Of a stretch of DNA of 64,000 bases, positions 53,972-64,000 are shown piece after piece. Location of the stretch: positions 57,474,001 through 57,538,000 of the forward strand of contig NC_043002.1 of the NCBI RefSeq assembly GCF_006345805.1, in the 5' to 3' direction. Under the pieces are notes generated by a model that saw only the letters and a program-made list of their open reading frames with translations, was not told the origin of the DNA and did not search any database. Every line of letters starts with the position of its first letter. Within the stretch, counting starts at the first letter, position 1. A program made the position numbers and the translations under genes. This stretch comes from Octopus sinensis. Its lineage: Eukaryota.

Positions 53972-53996
<25 letters not shown>

Positions 53997-54002
<6 letters not shown>

Positions 54003-54413
54003 AAACAAATGTTTGCCACGATATACCATAAAGGAAAATCATAGTGGTTCACTAAACTTGACTAAGGGTGTGAATATAACCTACATCGCTAGAAATAGGA
54101 ACGAAAATGCTCCAAACTGTTACAAACCCTTTCAGAGTATTATAAACTCTGGAAGGCGAGCTAGCCCGGAATTAACTGAACGAGCTGGCTACGGAAATTG
54201 CCAGAACTTGCTGCTAAGTCTAAGGAACTCTCGGTTCGGTGATCAGAGCGATTGCAGCCACTATCAAAATATATGTTTTGTGCTTTGTAACAATACTGGG
54301 GCATTTTCTCTCTTATTTCTAGCAATAGAAGTGTTATTCACACCCTTAGTCAAGTTTAGCTGACGACTATAATTTTAGTTTACGGTATAACATTGGAAAC
54401 AGTTGTTTATATA
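53997..54413. mobile_element. MITE with ~115-bp imperfect TIRs
   Basis: Perfect inverted core ctaaacttgactaagggtgtgaata; TA-rich flanks. Confidence 0.8.
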
Positions 54414-54503
54414 TGTATGTATATGATTGATTGATTGATTGATTCTAGTTTCAGCTTATGAGCTGTGGCCATGCTGGGGCACCGCCATATATATATATAT
54501 ACA

Positions 54504-54596
<93 letters not shown>

Positions 54597-54598
54597 GA

Positions 54599-54817
54599 CT
54601 TTATTAAAATGTAGCAAAAATATCACAAAAACTGTTACTCAGATTTCTCCTTCGTCGGACAGTTTTGTTTAGAAAAACTGTCCGTCGAACGGGAGCGTAA
54701 AACTTTGAGTAACATTGCTTGTGATATTTTTGCTGCTTTTTAATAAATCATATTACTCTACCTGGTATTCGAGTACTATTTTCTCCACTTTGTTTTGCAT
54801 TTATGTGCTTACTCTGG
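54599..54817. mobile_element. Palindromic HHR element (family P2), both cores partly retained
   Basis: Minus core CCGACGA (54658-54652), plus core CCGUCGA (54682-54688), each flanked by ACUGU stem I; centre ttttgtttagaaaaa. Confidence 0.8.
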
Positions 54818-54848
54818 TGTATGCAGAGATAGAGAAGAAGAGAGATGG

Positions 54849-54879
<31 letters not shown>

Positions 54880-54911
54880 CATACATACATACATACATAC
54901 ATACATACATA

Positions 54912-55126
54912 CCAACCGAGTGTGGCATCCCAAACATGATAGTGCTACTAGATTTTATAGCCCCAGGAAGAAGTTTATCACGTAAGGCTAGGGATGGGAG
55001 TGATGACCTCCCTTCGCAAATACTAATCGGACGCAGGTTATGTGTCACTAGCCAGCTGAAGGAGATGTTTCCTGGGGCTATAAATGTCAGTAGCACTATT
55101 TCGTTTGGGACACCAGACTCGGTTGG
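54912..55126. mobile_element. MITE with ~58-bp TIRs
   Basis: ccaaccgag..gccccaggaa and ttcctgggg..ctcggttgg; TA on left, CA on right. Confidence 0.8.
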
Positions 55127-55247
55127 CAATTATATGTTACGATTCCGTATTGCTAATGTTTACATCTCGCTCAAAGAATTAATATAGGCTATACATACAT
55201 ACATACATACATACATACATACATACATACATACATACATACATACA

Positions 55248-55377
<130 letters not shown>

Positions 55378-55705
55378 ATATGTCATATCATTGTCTCAGA
55401 GTGTGACGATATGTTACAATGTATTTATTTATGAAACCTCTCGTTTCCGCTTCTGATCTTTCTTTCTCTTTATATCTAACAGCTTCTCTTCTGTTTCCCT
55501 CTTTAGTTCTCCTCTCTCTCACTCTCTCTCTCTCTCTGTCTCCATCTCTTTCTCTTTCTATATCTGTCTATACATATATACTCCCTCACTTATGTATACA
55601 TACATACATGCATACATACATACATACATACATACATACATACATACATACATACATACATACATACATACACACACATATATATATACCTAGATAGATA
55701 GATAG

Positions 55706-55753
<48 letters not shown>

Positions 55754-55778
55754 AGGTTTGGAGATGATGTACAGGTAT

Positions 55779-56760
55779 TATATATTAGAGGAAATGAGGT
55801 AATCAGAAGATCGGATGGTTCATATTTATAGATATTTATTTATATATTACATTTTTTACATATATATATCATATCATTCAGATTATTAGCGCTTTCTCCC
55901 ATTCTAGTGGGCTTTTCAAATCAAATTAATTCCTTTGTGGGGAATTTAATCATTTTATAGAGTTTCGTAGTTGTGGGGAGGAATAAGACAGTACAAGAGG
56001 GTGAAGTTGATGAGGAGGAAGTGAGAGAGAGAACATGTGTGTATGTGTATGTGTGTGCGTGTGTGTGTGTTTGTATCTGAGGCTAAAGAGAATGAGGGGA
56101 AGGGAGAGGGAAGAAGAAGAAGGATTTCCTTTGGTCTGCTGGACCCCCAAGGGAGTTCTAAGAATTTTAGCCATTTGTCTATTTTGGTGTCACTGAGTGT
56201 GTGTTGGTGGGTAGGTAGGCCATAAATTACACCTTCTATGATTTTGAGGATGGTCAAATACCTCTTCTACTTTGTATGATCGTTTTGTGGAGGTGTGTGT
56301 GTGTGTCTCTGTGTGTCCGTGTGTGTTTGTGTGCGTGTGTGTGTGTGTCTCTGTGTGTTTGGAGAAGGGGAGAGAGACAAAAAGAGAAAAGGGAAAATAA
56401 AAATAAAAATAAAAATAAGGGAGGAAATGGAGAAGAAAAAAATTTTTTTTTGTGTGTTGATATTTATACAACTACATATACATACACAGACTTATACATA
56501 AAATATTTGGAAAAAAAACCTTTTATCGGTTCAAAATGAACAACCAAATTACACCATCTTGAAAATTGTATATTATAGGAAAGTTAAAATTAAAGTGACA
56601 ATTAAAAAGTAAGGATGGAAGTAAATTATAAAGATAATAATATAATGTATATAACAGGCAATATATATATATACATACACAGATATTTATACACACATAC
56701 AGACATATACTAAATGTTCTACTATATTAGATTGTAAATCGAAAGATGCGTCCTTCAATG

Positions 56761-56803
<43 letters not shown>

Positions 56804-57138
56804 GTGCTTACACATGAAATATTTAGAAAAAAAAACACCTTCTATCGAATCAAAATGAACAATCAAATTACACCATCTTGTAATTTACTTGATCTTTACT
56901 GGCCAATTGTCATTCTAATTTTAACCTTCCTATGACCTCCCCACAACTACGAAACTCTATAAAATGATTAAATTCCCCACAAAGGAATTAATTTGATTTG
57001 AAAACCCCACTAGAATGGGAGAACGCGCTAATAATCTGAATGATATGATATATATATGTAAAAAATGTAATATATAAATAAATATCTATAAATATGAAAC
57101 ATCCGATCTTCTGATTACCTCATTTCTTCTAATATATA
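55779..57138. mobile_element. 1.36-kb element bounded by ~203-bp near-identical inverted repeats
   Basis: 55779-55981 vs 56936-57138, about 4 mismatches; (TA)n at both ends. Confidence 0.85.
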
Positions 57139-57415
57139 TATATATATACGATGGATTTCTTTTTCAGTTTCCGTCTACGAAATTCACTCACAAGTTTTTG
57201 GTCTGCCCGAAATTATAATAGGAAACACTTTCTCGGGGCTCAACGCAGTGGGACTGGATCAGGAACCATTTGTTTGTGAAGTAAGCTTCTGATCCACTTA
57301 CCGCCACATCCTACGACGTCTACTTTTGTGCACAATGCACGACATATCATTCCTGTCTAAATTTTTCTAGTCCTTTTAAAACTACATGACACACCCTAAT
57401 CACCTTACATTTAAG

Positions 57416-57588
57416 CGGCATTGACGTAGGCCTTCAGAACTTCCAGTGGGGCTACATTGATCTCGGCTCTTTTGGGATTAAAACAGACAGCAAAAATACC
57501 TACATAGTTAAAAAAAATGAACGTGAAGTTACAATAGATAAATGGTTTAAATTTTTCGAAGAAAAGGGGCATCGTAGATACCTTTATG
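57416..57588 (+). CDS. Exon 3 (173 nt, phase 2-1) GIDVGLQNFQWGYIDLGSFGIKTDSKNTYIVKKNEREVTIDKWFKFFEEKGHRRYLY
   Basis: ctaat branch, tttaag acceptor, gtaaaa donor, 57 open codons. Confidence 0.7.
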
Positions 57589-57730
57589 GTAAAATAAGTT
57601 TTCCCTGCACATATGCTTCATAATATTGACAAAAGGTAAATTTGGCGTTGGAGATATTTGAAATCAGAACGCGAAGCTTAAATTCACTCGCCTTCCATTA
57701 GATGAAAAATCCTGAAACATACATACATAC

Positions 57731-58604
57731 CTCAAAATAAGAAAGGAGAAGGGTGATTCGAAGACTACAGATACAATCCATCACTGGAACTGTAAAAATT
57801 TGTAAAACTAACCAGGAGTTTATCATTTAAATATATATGAACATGTCTAGATATGTAACTATATGCATGAGAACACATACAAAAAACATACAAATCTACA
57901 CATACATAGATGCATACATATATACATACATACAAACATACGTACATACAAACAAACAAACATACATACATACATACATACATACATACACACACATACA
58001 TACATACGTACATACATACATACATACATACATACATACATACACACATACATACATACATACATACATACATACACAAATAAATACCCTATTGATGTTG
58101 AAATTCTAGTGAAGGAATCTTGGATCTAGGTTAGAAAGCGGTTCTTTCTCTATTGGCAAGAAATCTGAAATAAACTGAATAATGACATACATACATACAT
58201 GCATACATACATACACACACACATACATACAAACATGCATAATACATACATACATACATACATACATACATACATACATACATACATACATACCAATCTT
58301 GAGAAATTAGGTTTCTCAAAACCAGAAAGGTGAAAGCTGATTCGAAGACTACATATCCAATCCAACACTGGAACTGTAAAAATCTGTAAAATTTTCCAAA
58401 GGTTTATTATTCAAATATATATCAGCATGTCTGGACATGCAGCTATATGCATAAGGATACATACATGAAACAAAACATACAAATATGCACACATACATAC
58501 ATACATACATACATACAAAAATACCCTGTTGTTGATGTTGAATTTCCAATGAAGGGGTCTTGGATCTAGGTTAGAAACTGGCTCCTCTTCTGTTTGCAAA
58601 ATAT
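57731..58604 (-). repeat. Tandem duplication (~440-580-bp spacing) of two exon-like segments
   Basis: 58525-58604 and 58294-58383 duplicated at 58088-58164 and 57731-57789; spacing varies with (TACA)n length. Confidence 0.8.
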
Positions 58605-59798
58605 CTTGAAATAAAACTGAATAATGACATATATACACATGCACTCACACACACACATCACACATGTATATATACACATACACACATACATGTGCGCATG
58701 TGTATGTAAGTATGGATACATATGAAGTGAGACAGATAGATAGAGAGAGCGAGAGAGAGAAAGAGAGACTTGACAGAAAAGGTTGAAATGCCACCGTTGA
58801 CAACTGCACAAAATCCACTATCTTAGACCGTCAAAATTACTATTAGATTAAGTAGCTACAATAATATTTTAGTGGCCAGTCATGGAAGATGTATGTCTAC
58901 ACAATATTGACGGTATAGTATTGTATATTCAATAATGTAGTTAAAAAATATAGATATGGAGAATTATATAAGTTTTCTTTTGACAATGTCAGTTCTTATA
59001 AAATTAAGGTGTTAAAACGGAGCAAGTTTAAAGATAACTAAATATATATAAATGATAAAAATCTGAAACACGAAAAGATGTAAAATGTAAATCCATTTGA
59101 GTCAGTGGCCCGTTTATCCTCAGTGTCAAAATACATCGCTAAACATAACTTTTATCATCACATAAACACGTAGCAAGCATCAGGGATGTTATGTAATTTA
59201 ATTGAAGCATTGATAATTCAATAGATTTATGTACATGAAACAGCATGAGATTAAAATAATGATTTTTATAAAAATCTATAATTTACATACTAACGTAAGA
59301 TGATGCTGACTAATATGTTTCAGAGAAATTTTTCAAATAGACATATGTGCTAAAAACCACGGTTTTCATTCAGAATGACGTCAACGGATCGTCAGACACC
59401 GCTATTTCGGCCTAGTTTGGCTTACTCAGGGGCGAACACAAACGAATATTTTGAACTACGTTGAAATATTCGTCACACTATAGAAACTAAGAAACAAAAC
59501 ATCCGCTGGCTTTTGTGGAAGCTGATCAGGAGGTACTTGTCACAGAGGAGGCTATACCAATCAGGCTGAAACATCGGTGTCTGACATTATTCAGAGCGTG
59601 CTCCGTTTTTTAATACACAATCTCTAAAGAAAATTTCGTTGAGACAAAATTATTACAGCATTGCCCTACATTTGTATAAACACTGTTTGTGTTACTTACA
59701 TCGTTATTTTAATCAGATGATGAGTCAAATGCGTATATTGATTCCACTTAAGCTTGGCCAACATCCACAGAAATTAACGAGTTTCATTATTTCTATAG

Positions 59799-59906
59799 TG
59801 GAACGCAAAAATGGACGTAATGTAGAATGTACGGGGAAGCTCGTTACTGAGAAGCCCAAATCAAATCGAAAGATCGGTGACAGACGATCTGCTGACGTCA
59901 TCCTGA
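59799..59906 (+). CDS. Exon 4 (108 nt, phase 1-1) VERKNGRNVECTGKLVTEKPKSNRKIGDRRSADVIL
   Basis: ttcattatttctatag acceptor, gtgagt donor, only phase 1 open. Confidence 0.7.
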
Positions 59907-60262
59907 GTGAGTACTGAGTACACTGAGTGTTTCAATGATAAGTATCAGAGGCAGAGCCTTTCTCCGTTTATATATACATCATAAATGCTATATACATCGG
60001 TATAATGTTAATTCAGCTACATCTGCACGCAATTTTGCAACAGAAAATGAAAAGCATCAATTGTAAAAACATTAGAAACTATTGACTGCTAATACATTCA
60101 ACTCATGAAATTGTCTTAACTCCGCAAATTTGTGACTAAATTTGTTAATTTTTCTTTTAAATCGATTGTTAATTGTGAAAACATTTATAGTTCATAATTC
60201 ACTTGCTAAAGATTACATTGGTTTAACTGCAAATAATTTGATCAGCATCAGTTTCCTTTCAG

Positions 60263-60327
60263 AAATTCGGAAAGACCTTTGCGTACAGCAATATCAAAAT
60301 TCATATGGTCTTTGGAAAAATTTATAA
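60263..60327 (+). CDS. Exon 5, terminal (phase 1) KIRKDLCVQQYQNSYGLWKNL*
   Basis: gtttcctttcag acceptor, TAA 60325-60327; candidate AATAAA at 60636. Confidence 0.6.
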
Positions 60328-61054
60328 GAAAAGGATAGCTGTTGCTGTGAGCGAGTTCTGGAAAGACAATATTGTGAACTCATAATCAGAAGTGACATTT
60401 TTAGATATCACAAATCAAAATAATAATGTTTATAAATAATAACGTTTTCAAAAAATCGTTTAGATGAAAAAAAAAAAAACAGAAGAAAGAAAAAAAACAG
60501 TCGAGGCTGACAAGGATATGAACCCACATCTTTCAGTAAACAAATTTTGAAATACCTAACGGCCGAAAACTAAATTATCTCGTAATATATTCATCCACAC
60601 CTCAAAAATATCAAAAGATTTCATCAGTTATTAAGAATAAAGGAATACGTTAATTTCGTAACCATATATAAAAACAAAATGAGTGGGTGAACGGCAGACA
60701 TTTTGATACAATAACGCTACAACTACATAAAAAATGACATATCTGGTTAACGTGATTTTGCAACAACTTTTATCATTTATCGCGAATATGACTACAGAAT
60801 TGTTTCATTTATTACAGTGTCTGCTTAAAAAGCGACTCCAACGGGAAACTGATAATCGCAATCTATGTGTGTTCATCTTAAACTATACTGTGAAATAATA
60901 ATAACAATATATTATCACATAAGTATAAAATATGTGCACACACACACACATATATATATGCACACATACAAATATGTATGTGTGTGTATATACATTTGTA
61001 TCTGTATATGTAAATTTGTGTATAAGTTTGTCGTCAGATATATGAATGTGTCTG

Positions 61055-61129
<75 letters not shown>

Positions 61130-61180
61130 GTCTGTCTGTCTTTCTGTCTGTCTTTCTGTCTGCCTGCCTGTCTGTCTCTT

Positions 61181-61267
<87 letters not shown>

Positions 61268-62379
61268 GCGAGTGTCGCGTTGCTCTCAAGCAACTCTGCC
61301 GTCCTGGGTCGACCTTAAGTGACTTCAACACAACCAAAGCATTCTATAGGGGTTTAGTGGAGGGGAGGTACGACGACGAGCTCGGGGCGAACCTGGACGT
61401 CGACGAGGAGTACCTGACCCGCCTGTTCGGGACGACTTTCGGGCCAGGGCCCATGGACAACTTCCAGAGATCCCTGGCCTGGCAGTGCTACCGAGAAGCG
61501 CTACCCGTTCGGGATAAGCTCTACAGACACGGCTCGAGAAACACGGGGCCGACCTGCCCGAGATGCGGTCAGAGCGACGAAACCGTTCTGCACGCACTCG
61601 TTCAGTGTCCAACAATTTCCGACCTGTGGGCTTATGTCGAACAACTGCTGTCACGTGTGGGACGAGTCGGTTTATCAGCTGAGTCTATCGTCAATATTGT
61701 CACGCCTCCTTCCTTCAAACGGGAAGGAAGAGCTATTTTCATCATCCTTGTGGCTATGGCGAAAGAATGTATCTGGTGGACGCGTCTGAAAGGATTGGAG
61801 ACAAACACTTTCCTCTCTGGTCAATCTCTCATCAACTTCTTCAAGTACCACTTGAAAAGGAAAGTGAGAGTAGAGAGGCAAGTTTTGTCTAGCGAATGTT
61901 TTAAAAAAAGATGGGTGAATGTAGCAAGAATGGCACGTATGAATGACGAAGCCACCTTGAGCATAGTCCTATGAACCCAGAAATCGAAAACAGAGAGTTG
62001 CTTATTTGCAAAAAAAAAAAAAAAAAAAAAGAAATATAAAATGTGACTTCATTGACCGAGGTTACCGTGGTCTTTTCCGCAGGCTTTTCTTTCCACGGGT
62101 AAACCTCACCTGTCCTCCCCTTTACACTTCATATTGACATTTCTGTGATAACGATCCCTATTGATCATTTTTTTTTCCTCTCCCCCCCTTTTTTTTTTTT
62201 ATTTTTTTTTTTAACCCCCCTTATTTTTGTCCTCTTTCTCTCCTTTTACGATCCCTTTTGATCGAACCTCCCCCTTCCCTTTTTTTTTTTTTTTTTTTTT
62301 TTTTAATACCTTCAAAAGAAAAGCTCTACCTTGTAATTTGTTCTATCTGTGTGCAGCCCTGTGTGGCTAATAAAGAAAC
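61268..62379 (+). mobile_element. Tx1/L1-clade LINE, 5'-truncated, in (TCTA)n
   Basis: zf-RVT-type C-terminus [27 protein letters not shown], stop 61972-61974, T-rich 3' UTR ending AATAAAGAAAC. Confidence 0.85.
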
Positions 62380-62482
62380 ATATCTATCTATCTATCTATC
62401 TATCTGCCTGTCTGCCTGCCTGCCTGTCTATCTATCTTTTTGTCTGCCTATCTATCTACCTATCTATCTATATATCTGTATG

Positions 62483-62542
<60 letters not shown>

Positions 62543-62561
62543 GCTAGCTAGCTAGCTATCT

Positions 62562-63082
62562 GACGTTCTCGGGCAGAATCTGGGCGTCAACGAGGAACAG
62601 CTGATCCGCCCTTCGGGACAACTTTCGGGCCGGGACCTATGGACAATCACCCGAGATCCTTGGCCTGACAGCGTTATCGAGAAGCATTACCTATTCGGGA
62701 TAAGCTCTACAGGCACGGTTCGAGACACATCGGACCGACTTGCCCGAGATGCGGTTAGAACAACGAAGCCGTTCTTCACGCAATCGTGCAGTGTCCAACC
62801 ATTTCGGACCTGTGGGCTTATGCCGAACAGTTGCTGTCACGTGTGGGACGAGTCCTCCTGTCAGCCGAGTCTATCGTGACAATTGCTCCGCCAGCTTCCC
62901 TCAACCGGGAAGACAAGGCAGTCTTCACCCTACTGGTGACCATGGTGAAAGAATGTGTGTGGTGAACTCGAGGGAAAAGATTAGAGACGAACACTTACCT
63001 CTCTGGCCAATCGCTCAACAACTTTTTCAAGTACCACTTGAAAAGGAAGGTGAGAATGGAGAGGCAGTTTTTGTCTCGTGAA
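62562..63082 (+). mobile_element. Second, decayed Tx1 fragment after (TCTA)n
   Basis: Paralogous to 61375-61900 with stops and a frameshift; broken at 63082. Confidence 0.85.
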
Positions 63083-63210
63083 ACCAAATATATGGTACCC
63101 TAGGCATAACACCAACATAAACTTCGAACTTGTCTCTTGAGGATATCTGGATGAGGCTTAGAGCAAACTTGTACAAATGCAAAACATAAGTCAAACATAA
63201 AATAATAATA
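63083..63210 (+). mobile_element. R4/Dong 3' UTR fragment fused to the Tx1 piece
   Basis: ctaggcataacaccaacat.aacttc.aac.tgt.tcttgagg matches reverse complement of 10706-10790. Confidence 0.65.
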
Positions 63211-63214
63211 ACCC

Positions 63215-63427
63215 TTTCTACTGGAGGCATAAGGCCTCAAATTTGTGGGGAGGAGACTAGTTAATTTCATCGATCCCAGTTTTACACTGGTGCTTAATTT
63301 ATCGATCTCGAAAGGATAAAAGGTAAAGTCGACCTCGGCGGAAATTGATCTCAGGTGGTCATGAAGACGGACGAAATACCGATAAGCATTTCGCCTGGCG
63401 TGCTAACGATTCTGCCAACTCGCCACC

Positions 63428-63504
<77 letters not shown>

Positions 63505-63828
63505 CTTTATCCACATCTCTTATCCTTCACTCGCCCCAGGACGCTGGGTGTTACACGGCAAGTGACTGTAACAAAGCTGCAGATTAAAAATAATAATAGG
63601 AATAATAATTATCATTCCTATTATATGCACAAGGTTTGAAATTTGCGGGAGAGGGAATAGTCGATTACACCGACCCCAGTACTCCCCTGGTACTTAATTT
63701 ATCAAACATCGAAAGGATGAAAGGCAAAGCCGACCTCTGCGGAATTTGAACTCGGAATGTAGCGACCGACGAAATAGCGCTAAGCATTTCGCCTGGTGTG
63801 CTAAAGATTCTGCCATTTCGCCGCCTTA
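63215..63828 (-). mobile_element. Two tandem family B SINEs separated by (AAT)n
   Basis: 63215-63425 and 63625-63828. Confidence 0.8.
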
Positions 63829-63857
63829 ATAACAATTGTACTACTACTACTACTACA

Positions 63858-63927
<70 letters not shown>

Positions 63928-64000
63928 ATAATAATAATAATGCTTTCGTTTCATTCTTTTGTTTTTCGTATTTTTGTTCTTCTTTCAAATATTTTATTGT

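Noticed and set aside
60865-61974. 369-aa ORF as a host gene
   Set aside because: N-terminal third is microsatellite; the remainder is a truncated Tx1 ORF2 C-terminus

Overview
Eukaryotic, AT-rich, microsatellite-dense genomic DNA with a 100-N scaffold gap (37417-37516). The SINE families and repeat landscape resemble octopus (cephalopod) DNA; this is from recall, not a database search. Most of the window is transposon-derived. It holds an intact irritans-type mariner, a 5'-truncated CR1 LINE plus older CR1 pieces, and several Penelope-like element (PLE) pieces. It also holds R4/Dong-type RLE retrotransposon fragments in (TAA)n, two Tx1-type fragments in (TCTA)n, an RTE tail, two non-autonomous Helitrons, several MITEs and many tRNA-derived SINEs. 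Two things are missed by the ORF track. (1) A phase-consistent 5-exon plus-strand gene (44159-60327) encoding a 190-aa protein I cannot identify. (2) A recurring set of hammerhead-ribozyme (HHR) motifs. Several lie in palindromic head-to-head elements, one family of which joins a tRNA-derived Pol III head, an (AAT)n spacer and an HHR in each arm. Almost all other listed ORFs are microsatellite or antisense artefacts. Homopolymer-type indels suggest an error-prone long-read assembly, so some frameshifts and duplications may be artefacts.
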